Below, one piece after another: positions 1 to 9,628 of a stretch of 64,000 nt of DNA (the first letter of the stretch is position 1; every line of letters begins with the position of its first letter). Under the pieces are notes generated by a model. It was not told where the DNA came from and did no database searches. It worked only from the letters and a program-made list of their open reading frames with translations. The position numbers and the translations under genes are program-made. The DNA lies in contig CAVTBU010000008.1 of assembly GCA_963733035.1 (NCBI GenBank), positions 384,001-448,000 of the forward strand, written 5' to 3'. This DNA comes from Pirellulales bacterium (lineage in GTDB: Bacteria; Planctomycetota; Planctomycetia; Pirellulales; PALSA-1355).

Positions 1-461
1 TCCGGCTACTTTCAGGATCAAAAACGGCCCATCTACGCCATCCGACCGGGAGCCTCGGGCGACATCTCGCTGGCCGAGGGTGAAACGTCCAACGATTCCA
101 TCGTCTGGTCGCGCAAAAGATGGGGCCGTATAACACGTCTCCAATCGTGTATCGCGGCTATTACTACACACTGCTCGACCGCGGCATGCTCACTTGCCAC
201 GATGCCAAGACCGGCGAACTCGTCTTCGATCGCACCCGCTTCCCGCAGGGGACCTCCTTCACCGCTTCACCCTGGGCCTACAACGGCAAGCTGTTCTTCC
301 TCGACGAGAACGGCACCACCCACGTCATGCCCGCCGGCCCCGAATTCAGCATCGAGCGCACCAACCCGCTCGACGAGCTCTGCCTGGCCACCCCGTCCAT
401 CAGCCAAGGCAAGCTGCTAATCCGCACGGCGTCGAAGGTGGTTTGCATCGGAGGGGAGTGA
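1..461 (+). CDS. PQQ-like beta-propeller (BamB-like) protein, 3' part, with 1-nt frameshift near 112-120
   Basis: Frame 1 reads [37 protein letters not shown] and continues in frame 3 as [10 protein letters not shown]...[19 protein letters not shown]...[14 protein letters not shown], typical of planctomycete beta-propellers; truncated by window start. Confidence 0.8.
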
Positions 462-529
462 ACCGCTCAGCCTGAGGTCACGAAAACTCGTGTGATCTTG
501 CCAGTCAGGCGCCTTTTTACGGTTGGAGC

Positions 530-558
530 TTGACACGAGTGCGGCGAGTTCTTAACCT
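530..558 (+). promoter_or_regulatory. sigma70-type promoter of the DUF2946 leader
   Basis: TTGACA(530-535)-N17-TAACCT(553-558), 60 nt upstream of ATG 619. Confidence 0.6.
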
Positions 559-618
559 CTAACTTGGTCGGACCGCCAAGGTTGTTTTGCGTTGCTGAAC
601 GTATTGGCGGTTTTTTTC

Positions 619-1104
619 ATGCGCGTTGTCGTACCACGCACGTTTTGCCCCATTTTCGCGGCCTTTTTTGGCTTCGTCTCGCTGTTTGGGCAAGGCCTGC
701 ATCTGCTGGTCGAGCACACCGACCACAGCGCGGCTGGCTGCTGCGCCTGCGATCACGCCGACGCCGCTCGCCTGCGGAATCGCCATTCCTCGGGTTGTCA
801 TGCGGACCAGGGATGTGCCGACGAGCGGCATGCGGCGCCTCGCAAGCCGGCGCCTACGGTCACGACCCAGGCGTCGATGGCACCGCAATGGACGAGCGCC
901 GGACACGACCCGCACAACTGCCCGATTTGCAGTTACCTCGCGCAGGCCCAGTGGACAACCACTGCCCCGGCGGCCGTCCTAACAGCGCTGGTCGCTCCTC
1001 TTACGCCCTGCGGCCAGCAGCGTCTATTCCTCGTTCGTGCCGGCGTCTATCACTCGCGCGCTCCGCCGATCGGGTGCGCTCCATCACGCCTAAGAAGCGC
1101 CTAG
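619..1104 (+). CDS. DUF2946-family protein (His/Cys-rich, CxxC and RAPP motifs); putative regulatory leader
   Basis: N-terminal hydrophobic segment, HLLVEH, CCACDH, HDPHNCPIC, C-terminal YHSRAPP. Confidence 0.75.
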   Translation: MRVVVPRTFCPIFAAFFGFVSLFGQGLHLLVEHTDHSAAGCCACDHADAARLRNRHSSGCHADQGCADERHAAPRKPAPTVTTQASMAPQWTSAGHDPHNCPICSYLAQAQWTTTAPAAVLTALVAPLTPCGQQRLFLVRAGVYHSRAPPIGCAPSRLRSA

Positions 1105-1415
1105 CCCTCATTCCGTTCGGCTTGGTGTTTCGCTGCTTGTGCCACGCTCTGTAGCTCGCGTCGAGCCATGGTTGCACCTTGCGCTTGAGCCAAGGCTCGT
1201 GCGCTGTATGGGTCGGGCACTTCGTCGAGATCGAACCGTTCGGCCATGAGTTCGAACGGTGTGAATACACGTGTTGATTTGTGCTTCTCCGCCTCCGGCG
1301 GCGGCCGTTGAGCGATTGATGCGGTCCGACCAAACCGCGCTCACGCGCCGCCGGAGCGGACGTTGCGCCGCGATGCGTCAACGATGACCGCCGTGAACGA
1401 CAAAGGAAATCTGCG

Positions 1416-2257
1416 ATGAGCAATCGGAACCAGTTTTTCGCGCCCCGAATCGATGCGCGCTGCCTCGTCTTCGACCCGGTTTCAGCTATGGAGGGGTTTG
1501 GAATCAGCACCCAGCGCGACGGCAGAATACTATCCGCCGCCGCCCCCTACATGGTTTCACGCTCGTCGAGTTGTTGGTCGTCGTGGCGGTGATCGGCCTG
1601 CTGTTTGGGCTGCTACTGCCGGCCGTGCAGATGTCGCGCGAGCAAGCCCGCATCGCCAACTGCGCCAGCAATCTGCGGCAGGTGGGCATCGCCATGATCC
1701 GGTTCTGCGACGACCACCACGGACGATGGCCAGAGACGACGCACACCAGCGAGCCCGATCCGGTGACAGGCAAGTACACCCACGCCTGGATCTACACGCT
1801 GGCGCCCTACCTGGAGGACGTCGACGCGATTCGCATCTGTCCGGACGATCTTGCCGGTGACTTGCGATTGGCGGGCAAAGGCACGAGCTACACGATGAAC
1901 GGCTACCTCTCGAAGGAGGCGCTGCCCCCCTTCGACAATCTGCGAAAAGTCGTCTCGACGCACGAAACCATCGTCGCGTTCGAACTTGCCGAGATCAAGG
2001 ACACCGGCGCGATGAAAACGGGCAACCCGAACGACATCGACGTCTACAACGATCACGTCCACTCGTGGAACTGGTTCGCCATGTCGACGCTAAGCGCAGG
2101 GCTGGGGATGACAGCCATCGGCAACGAGATCGCGGTGGAGCGACACAGCGGCACGACCCACTTCTTGTACGCCGACGGCCACGTCGAACTGGTCCCGGTC
2201 GAACAGATCGCGCGGTGGGTAGATGAGGGACACAACTTCGCAAAGCCGCCTCAATAA
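1416..2257 (+). CDS. DUF1559 prepilin-type N-terminal cleavage/methylation protein (H-X9-DG); probable frameshift near the 5' end
   Basis: [45 protein letters not shown] and [14 protein letters not shown]. No in-frame ATG/GTG/TTG before the GF cleavage site; AAGGA RBS plus ATG 1416 is in another frame and joins if one base is added (e.g. T-run 1434-1438). Confidence 0.85.
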
Positions 2258-2457
2258 TCCGCACCTCGCAAGTGCACCGAAAAGCAACCACACAAGCGAC
2301 TCGATAAGGACCGCCAATGCATGCACGCAGTTAGTTCCCACGATCGTCCGCCACTGTCGCGAGTAGTGTGGCAGGCGGCGAGCGGCGTTGAGAACACGTG
2401 AACCACGAATTCGCAAACCTAAACGACTACTCAGATTTCATTGAAAGGTGTATTTCC

Positions 2458-3216
2458 ATGCGTGTTTTGTCTTTGCTTCTCCTGTTGGTCGCCCTAGTTG
2501 TCCGGCCGACGGCCACGCGCGCCCACGACGATGTTGCTCCCTACGAACTTAACGGCAAAGTCGCCACGGGTGGCCACGACGATATCCTTGCTTCCAACAC
2601 GGTTACTGAAAACGTGTTCGGGTTTGACTTTGGTGAAGACCCGATGATTCCCTACATCATCGGCGACCCGGGATTCAACAACGGGGCCTTCGGCATCGGG
2701 GTCTTTCCTAATAACGGCCTGCTGCCAGCGAACTTTACGTTGGGTCTCACAATCACTCGGGACCTGGAATACTGGGACGGCACCGGAGCCGTCTCGTTCG
2801 CTCCCGCATCGCCGAGCGCGTCGCTGGGATTGAGCCACCTCAGTTCGACGATCGATATCACCGGCACCTCGGGCATCGGCGCGGCGCTGACGATCGGCAG
2901 CACGGGGAGCGCTGGCCGGCTGCATGTGCACCTGCAATCGGCGCTGACCGACTCGATCGGCGACCCAGCCAACGGCATCTATCTCATCGGGATGCAGTTG
3001 AGCTTGCCCGGCTCCGGACTGGCCGACTCCGATCCGATCTACATCGTCTACAACAGTTTCATGGACGAGGCCGTGCACGATGAAGCGATCGGGTGGGTCG
3101 CCACGAACCTTGTGCCCGAGCCATCGACATGGACGATGTGTCTGATGGCCTTGGTTTCAATCGCAGTATGCGTCACGCGAGGGCAACTGCGCCGTCCGCA
3201 ACGCGCGGCGAGATAA
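2458..3216 (+). CDS. His-rich PEP-CTERM surface protein (putative metal-binding)
   Basis: Signal peptide ending ARA-HDD; GGHDD, LHVHL and VHDEA motifs; C-terminal VPEPSTW, TM helix and basic tail. Confidence 0.8.
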   Translation: MRVLSLLLLLVALVVRPTATRAHDDVAPYELNGKVATGGHDDILASNTVTENVFGFDFGEDPMIPYIIGDPGFNNGAFGIGVFPNNGLLPANFTLGLTITRDLEYWDGTGAVSFAPASPSASLGLSHLSSTIDITGTSGIGAALTIGSTGSAGRLHVHLQSALTDSIGDPANGIYLIGMQLSLPGSGLADSDPIYIVYNSFMDEAVHDEAIGWVATNLVPEPSTWTMCLMALVSIAVCVTRGQLRRPQRAAR

Positions 3217-3417
3217 CCCGTCGGCGGGATACCTCGCTCGCCAACCATGCCGCACGCGTCGTGCCCGGCCAATCCACAAGCCAGGCACGACGCTCGGCAT
3301 TTCAATCGCAAGAGAATTTTCTGTTTAATCGCGCCAGGCGGGCGAAAGATCAGTATCTGCCGCGGCAGAAAGCAGTCGCGTGCGAAAATCAGACAAGCAT
3401 GCCCCTCGCAGGCCGCG

Positions 3418-4359
3418 TCAGTAGCCGGTCCTTTCGACGGACCGGGGATCCTCCACCACGTCTCCGCTGTGCAGAATACCGTCCATTGCCCGGAGCCGAT
3501 TCTCTCCGCTGGCGTCGTAATACGGCTTGTTCGTGTCGACTTCATGCACCATCAGCCCCGGGCGGTGCTCGGCCAGCCGCTGCACGATGCGCCCGTCCGG
3601 GGTGATCAGCAGACTCGGCCAGGCCTCCGGCGCGCTCGAATTGTTCATCGAGACGAACATCGCGTTGGTGGCCGCCCGCGTTTGTCCGGTCGCAGGCATA
3701 ATAATCGGGTGTACGGCACCCGACTTCATGCGTGCGTTGTGGAAGGAGTGGAGCATCAACTGCACGCCGCGGCGGCAATACTCCCGGTACAGCTCCGGAA
3801 AGCGAATGTCGTAGCAGACCAACATCCCGCACTGCACTCCGTTCACCTCGAACACCACAAAGTGATCTCCGGGCGAATAGTGCTTCAGATCGCCGCCGGT
3901 GCAGAATCGCTTGTCGTAGCGATCGACGATCTGGCCCTCGGGATTGATGACGTACAGCGAGTTGTGCGGTTTGTGCTCGCCCGTCAGCCGGTGCGTGCTC
4001 CCCAGCACGACCCATTGATCCAACTCGTCGGCCAGCTTCAGAATCGAAGCCGTCTCGGCGCGCAATAACTCCCAATCGAACTCCTCAAGCGACTCGACTT
4101 CAACGCCCGCGTATCCCGATAGCGCGCACTCCGAAAAGTGCACGAGGTCGGCCTCCTGGGCCGCAGCCAGCCGCATCTGTTTGCGAATCCACTCGGCGTT
4201 GGCCGCCACGTCGGCTGACACCGGAAACTGGCACGTCGCCAGCATCAGCCGCCCCGACGTGTGCTTCTCTGACGAAGTTGACGTTTCTTCGCCAGCACGC
4301 ACAAGACCTACACAAACAACCAGCAAGAACAGGGCGGGTAGCGCGAATCGGTGCAACAT
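3418..4359 (-). CDS. carbon-nitrogen hydrolase (nitrilase superfamily), signal peptide
   Basis: FSECALSGY, RYDKRF and VCYDIRFPE supply the E-K-C triad. Confidence 0.9.
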   Translation of the reverse strand: MLHRFALPALFLLVVCVGLVRAGEETSTSSEKHTSGRLMLATCQFPVSADVAANAEWIRKQMRLAAAQEADLVHFSECALSGYAGVEVESLEEFDWELLRAETASILKLADELDQWVVLGSTHRLTGEHKPHNSLYVINPEGQIVDRYDKRFCTGGDLKHYSPGDHFVVFEVNGVQCGMLVCYDIRFPELYREYCRRGVQLMLHSFHNARMKSGAVHPIIMPATGQTRAATNAMFVSMNNSSAPEAWPSLLITPDGRIVQRLAEHRPGLMVHEVDTNKPYYDASGENRLRAMDGILHSGDVVEDPRSVERTGY

Positions 4360-4567
4360 GGGATGTCCTTTGATAGTTCGAGGACAACGCTCGCGTCACG
4401 TTGACGCGCGCCGCTTTCTGGACGGCCAAAGGGGATCGTCGCACATTCTACCACGGCACACGGGACGGCGCCGCCGACCCTGTAATTGAGACGTCCCCAA
4501 CACTTCGCCGGCTCCTGCCGCGCTCACGGCGTGAACCGCGCGCCGCGAGTGCGTCTTAGTATTCAGT

Positions 4568-4912
4568 TCCGACATTTGCATGAACAGACGTAACTGGCCC
4601 CTTCCACCCTTGCGTGAATACGTCTCTCGCAAAACAGGGTTTTTCCTCTCGGTTGCGCCGCGCTCACACTCTCGCGGTTTGCTGCTTTCAATCGGGCCAG
4701 CATTTTCGGTAGGGTAGGGTCGAGCAGTTCTAAACTCGGCGAAGAGATGCGCGCACAAATCGTCAAACAGGGTCCTTTGCGGAAAATAGCTGCGAGTTGG
4801 TCGACAATTTTTCGGGCTCCCATGGAAAAGAAAAAGAGTCACGAACAAATCGCACCAAAATCGGGCCACTCAGAATTCTCGGAAATCCGAATCGGGCCAA
4901 CTCGACGCCCAA
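4568..4912. repeat. dispersed non-coding repeat, copy A
   Basis: 4808-4832 TTTTTCGGGCTCCCATGGAAAAGAA matches the reverse complement of 57347-57371 at 24/25 nt, with weaker collinear similarity on both flanks; boundaries approximate. Confidence 0.7.
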
Positions 4913-4989
4913 AGCAAGTACGGTTGGCAAACGACATGTTTGGACAGGCACCGAAGAATGGCGCGCCGCCGACGCCGAGCCAGGATGGG

Positions 4990-5575
4990 CTAGTCCGCGT
5001 CGGGAAAGTGCTTGCGAATGACCATCTCGCCCAGACGCCGAGCGACGTCGATCGTTTGTCGATCACCGGTGATGTGCCGCGTGACGTAGGCCCCCTCGAT
5101 GATCAGGCACAGTTCGCGGGCCAGCGCGGCCGGATCGGCCGCGCCGCCCCGTTTGGCAATCCGGCGTACCGTCGCTTCATAGGTCTGCTTCAGCGCGATG
5201 CGCGGCCTGATGCGCCGGGTCGTGCGGCAGCGGAAACTCGATGGTCACGTTGACGAAAATACAGCCGTGCCAGTCATCTTTCTCAATGAACGTCTCGACC
5301 AAATCAAACAGCGTCCGCAGTTGGCCCACGGCCGTGGGTCCACCGCGCTCCTTGAGCATGGCCGTCAGCGTCGCGCCCAACCAGCGCTGCTGTTCCTCGA
5401 GCACGGCGACCATCAGGTCTTCCTTGCATTCGAAGTGCTTGTAAAAGGCGGTCTTGCTGATGCCGACATCCGAGTAGATCTGGTCCAGCCCGACGTTGCG
5501 AAAACCGTCGCGGTAGAACCGCTGATGGGCCGCTTCGATCAGTCGCTCGCGCGTTGTTTTCTCAGTGGTTTTCAT
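4990..5575 (-). CDS. TetR/AcrR-family regulator (NemR-like), frameshift near 5200
   Basis: HTH RLIEAAHQRFYRDGF..VGISKTAFYKHF and GCIFVN; after +1 shift continues IALKQTYEATVRR..LARELCLIIEGAYV..FPDAD* (stop at 4990-4992). Confidence 0.9.
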
Positions 5576-5603
5576 GGCCGTATGTTCAGCAAGTGGACCA
5601 CAA

Positions 5604-5621
5604 GTACACCGGCGAGTGTAC
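5604..5621. promoter_or_regulatory. putative TetR operator palindrome
   Basis: GTACAC-N6-GTGTAC between divergent tetR and mddA, overlapped by direct repeat ACCACAAGT x2. Confidence 0.6.
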
Positions 5622-5769
5622 CACAAGTCAACTTGTCGCCGGAGCAAGCTGCACGATATTTCACACAGGGAATCAATCCTACGTCAACATCGGCGGCACC
5701 GTCGGTGGGCGAACCAATCGCCCGTCGGCAGCGTCTGCCTGAAAACCTAATTCTGCGTGGAGGTGCAAA

Positions 5770-6543
5770 ATGAAACGCTGGTTGTATTTGGCCTACGGCG
5801 TCGCAGGCTACCTGGCCTTTCTGGGAATTTACGCTTACTTTGCCGCATTCACCGGCAACTTCCTGGTGCCCAATACAATTGACGCGCCGGTTACCACGCC
5901 GCTCGTCGCGGCGGTCGCCATCAACCTGTTGCTGGTGGGCGCCTTTGCCGCCCAGCATTCGATCATGGCGCGACCAGCGTTCAAACAACTTTGGACGCGC
6001 ATCGTTCCTCAGCCAATCGAACGCACCACGTACGTGATGCTTTCGAACCTGGCAACCGTGCTTTTGATTTGGCAGTGGCGGCCGATCGACGCCGTCGTTT
6101 GGGACGTGCGGCAACCGATTGCGCGGGGTGCCTTGTGGGGGCTGTTTGCCGCCGGTTGGCTGGCCGTGCCGCTGGTCAGCCTACTGATCAATCACTTCGA
6201 CCTGTTCGGCCTGCGGCAAGTCTGGCTCTACTTCCGTGGTCGGCCTTACACGGCGTTGCCGTTCCGCACGCCGCTGGCCTACGCCCACGTGCGCCATCCA
6301 CTCTATCTCGCGTGGGGGCTGGCGTTCTGGGCAATACCAACCATGACGGCAGGACATCTGCTGTTCGCTGCTTCATTGTCGATCTATATGGCCCTGGCCG
6401 CGCTTGTTGAGGAGCGCGATCTGGTCGCGCATTTCGGGCACTCGTATCACCGGTATCGCCAAAGCGTCCCCATGTTCGTGCCGAAATTAAGGCCGGCTCC
6501 GTCCATCGATGCCGCCGAGGAGAGCAAGCCTGCGAGCGGTTAG
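5770..6543 (+). CDS. mddA: methanethiol S-methyltransferase (ICMT family)
   Basis: QHSIMARPAFK, IERTTYV, HFDLFGLRQVW, VRHPLY, PTMTAGHLLFA, EERDLV..FG..Y..YRQSVPM. Confidence 0.8.
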   Translation: MKRWLYLAYGVAGYLAFLGIYAYFAAFTGNFLVPNTIDAPVTTPLVAAVAINLLLVGAFAAQHSIMARPAFKQLWTRIVPQPIERTTYVMLSNLATVLLIWQWRPIDAVVWDVRQPIARGALWGLFAAGWLAVPLVSLLINHFDLFGLRQVWLYFRGRPYTALPFRTPLAYAHVRHPLYLAWGLAFWAIPTMTAGHLLFAASLSIYMALAALVEERDLVAHFGHSYHRYRQSVPMFVPKLRPAPSIDAAEESKPASG

Positions 6544-6803
6544 TTTCGCCAGATGGCTGCTCCGCGGCCTGAGCTCGGGGCTCCGAGCGGCGACCGAGCG
6601 GCCGTCCACCGGTTGCCTGGTGGATATCACCGGTTTGCGGACGAGCGCAGAGAGTACCCGGATTCATGTTGTCTAAAGGTTGCCGGACGATAATGGACAG
6701 GTCGATGCGACTGGGATCAGGTCGAATCAGAGAGTCTCGGCCTGATTCTGTTATGCTAGTTGGTTGATCTGACTAGGTCGCTGGCAAACGGGAGAACACG
6801 ATC

Positions 6804-7469
6804 ATGGCGAATCACACTCACGTACTTTCGCGGCGTACGTTCCTGGGAACCGTAGCCGCCGGTTCAGCGGCTTGGGCGGCGCCCGGGGCGTTCGCGGAAG
6901 AACTGGCCCGTACCCCGTACCAGACCGAGGGGCCCTTTTATCCGGATCACTTGCCGCTCGACACCGACAACGATTTGGTCCTCGTGAACGACGAGTTGAC
7001 GCCCGCGGTCGGCGAGATCACGCATCTCACCGGACGCATTCTTGGCAGCAACGGCGAGCCATTGCGGAACGCTGTCGTGGAAATCTGGCAGTGCGACTCC
7101 GGCGGCGCCTACCTGCATTCGCGCACCGGCAACGCCGACAAACGCGACGGCAATTTCCAGGGGTTCGGCCGTTTCCTCACTGGCTCGACTGGCGAATACT
7201 ACTTCCGCACGATCAAGCCGGTGCCCTATCCCGGTCGCACTCCCCACATTCATTTCATGGTGAAGCACCCAGGCCAGCAAGAGTTCACGACGCAATGCTA
7301 CATCAAGGGGCACCCACAAAACGATCGCGACTTCGTCTTTCGTGGAGCGGGCGACAAGAACTCGCAGGATTTGTTGTGCGCCGAATTTGTGCCGCTGGAA
7401 GGCTCCAAGGCAGGCGAATTGCGGGCCAGTTTTGACGTCGTACTGGGGTATACGCCGAAACAAAGCTGA
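6804..7469 (+). CDS. intradiol ring-cleavage dioxygenase-like protein, Tat signal
   Basis: SRRTFL Tat motif; TEGPFYP, VEIWQCD..GAY, YPGRTPHIHF iron-ligand motifs. Confidence 0.85.
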   Translation: MANHTHVLSRRTFLGTVAAGSAAWAAPGAFAEELARTPYQTEGPFYPDHLPLDTDNDLVLVNDELTPAVGEITHLTGRILGSNGEPLRNAVVEIWQCDSGGAYLHSRTGNADKRDGNFQGFGRFLTGSTGEYYFRTIKPVPYPGRTPHIHFMVKHPGQQEFTTQCYIKGHPQNDRDFVFRGAGDKNSQDLLCAEFVPLEGSKAGELRASFDVVLGYTPKQS

Positions 7470-7575
7470 CCTCAGCTGAAGCCGGTACAGTGGTCCATAA
7501 ACGGCGCTCGCCCAGTCGCGACCTATTTGGTAGTTTGAAGGGGTCATTTCCAGCTAGGTCTCGGAGTCCGCGGAG

Positions 7576-8726
7576 TTGGAACTTCCACGAAACCCCACCC
7601 GTCCTGTCCGCATCGGTTCCGCTACCATTGGCGGAGGCACCCGATTGCCGTGCAGAGCATGACGGCCACGCATACGCGAGACGTCGAGGCCACGACGGCC
7701 CAGATCAACGATTTACTCGCGGCCGGTGCCGATATCGTGCGAATCGCGGTGGACAACTCCAAGGATGCTGAGGCTCTGGCCGAGATTCGCAAGCGTAGCG
7801 CAGCGAATTTGTCGGTCGACTTGCAAGAGAATTACCGCCTGGCAAAGGATGTGGCGCCGCACGTCGACAAGGTGCGTTACAATCCCGGACACCTGTACCA
7901 CCACGAGCGTGAGAAGCCCTGGCAGGACAAGGTTAAGTTCCTGGCCGACGTCGCGGGCGAATACGACTGTGCCATGCGCGTGGGTGTCAATTGCGGTTCG
8001 GTCGATCCAGCGAAGCAGGAAAAGTACTCGAAGGACGATTCGATCACCCCCATGCTCGAAAGCGCCTGGGAGCACTGCGAGCTTTTGGATTCGCTCGGCT
8101 TTACGCGCTATTGCGTCTCGCTGAAGGATTCCGACCCCGCCAAGGTGATCGAAGTGAATCGCCGTTTCGCCAGCCAGCGTCCGGATGTCCCTTTGCACTT
8201 GGGCGTGACAGAAGCCGGTATGCCGCCCGAGGGTATCATCAAGACGCGGATTGCTTTCGAGCAGCTCATCAGCCGTGGGATAGGCGACACGATTCGAGTC
8301 TCGCTCACGGTTCCCAACGCGCGCAAGGGAGAAGAAATTGCCGCCGGCCGAGGAATCCTGGCCGATATTGCCGCCGGCCGGGTACGCAGCGTGGTCGATT
8401 TCGGCCTGAACACGCTAAATATCATCAGCTGCCCAAGCTGTTCTCGCGTGGAAAATGAGGCGTTTATCGAACTGGCGCAAGACGTAAAAGAATTGACCAA
8501 GTATGCCAGCGAGTATGCTATCACGATTGCGGTGATGGGTTGCCGTGTAAATGGCCCGGGCGAAACCGATGATGCCGATCTGGGCTTGTGGTGCGGACCG
8601 AATTTCGTCAACCTCAAGCGGGGAAGTGTGGAACTGGGGGCTTATCCGTACGATTTGATCTTGCCCCGTCTAAAGGACGAACTCGACAAATTAATCGCCG
8701 CTCGCACGCCGGTTGGAAAGAGTTAG
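7576..8726 (+). CDS. ispG: HMBPP synthase, frameshift near 7638
   Basis: TTG 7576 gives [20 protein letters not shown], shifting into [55 protein letters not shown]. Confidence 0.95.
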
Positions 8727-8833
8727 CCGCGGTCCAGCAGTCGGTATGCCCCGTCGAAACCGCCGGAACGTTCTGGGGTTTGTATACGTTGTCGCGATAA
8801 CCTTTGATATTTACGCAGCACCGAGAGTCACGG

Positions 8834-9628
8834 ATGACACGCCGTCTGCTGCCCGCCGCCGCTGTTTGCGCCAGCCTCGTTATCGGCTGCGCTGCTTGGC
8901 GAGTTGCTCCCCAATTGCCGGTCGGCAATAGCATGGTGCTCGATCAACTGGTCATCTTCAGCGAAACGCCGCTTCCGCGCAACCACCGGCTCTTGGAGGA
9001 GTTGAAGCTACTGAGGACCACGGTCAGCACAAAACTTGGCCTGCCAATTTCGGACGAGCCGATTCATGTTTATTTGTTTCCCACTGCCGACAAATTCCAG
9101 GCGTTCTTCCGCGAGCAACACCCCGACATGCCGCACCGTCGGGCCTTTTTTGTCGAGACCGATACTCGGCTCAGCGTGTATGCCTATTGGGGCGATCGCG
9201 TAGCGGAAGATCTGCGGCACGAGGTCGTTCACGGTTATTTGCACTCGGTGGTCCCAAATGTGCCGCTATGGCTGGACGAAGGCTTGGCCGAATACTTTGA
9301 AGTGCCACGCGTGATGGCGGGTATCAATCGGCCGCATGTAAGTCAACTCATGGCCATGAAGGCTGATTGGCGTCCTGACCTGATGCGGCTTGAACAGCTC
9401 AAGACAACCGGCGAAATGACACAGGCCGACTACGCCGAAAGCTGGGCCTGGGTCCACTTCATGCTCGACACTTTGCCACAACGCAACGAGGTGCTTCGCG
9501 CATACCTGCAATCGCTAATGAAATCCGCGCCGCCGGCACCCTTTTCGTTGTCGCTAAGACAATTAGATGCCGCTTGTAGTCAACATCTCGCCGAACATCT
9601 GGCCGTGTTGCATCAATCCTTGAAATAA
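8834..9628 (+). CDS. DUF1570 domain protein (zincin-like)
   Basis: LRHEVVHGYLH and PLWLDEGLAEYFE; YAESWAWVHFM. Confidence 0.8.
   Translation: MTRRLLPAAAVCASLVIGCAAWRVAPQLPVGNSMVLDQLVIFSETPLPRNHRLLEELKLLRTTVSTKLGLPISDEPIHVYLFPTADKFQAFFREQHPDMPHRRAFFVETDTRLSVYAYWGDRVAEDLRHEVVHGYLHSVVPNVPLWLDEGLAEYFEVPRVMAGINRPHVSQLMAMKADWRPDLMRLEQLKTTGEMTQADYAESWAWVHFMLDTLPQRNEVLRAYLQSLMKSAPPAPFSLSLRQLDAACSQHLAEHLAVLHQSLK

Noticed and set aside
4747..5253. Shared peptide IFRAPMEKK/VFRPPMEKK in ORFs 4747-5253 and 56062-57420 as a protein family
   Set aside because: Similarity collapses at indels outside the core; it reflects the nucleotide repeat
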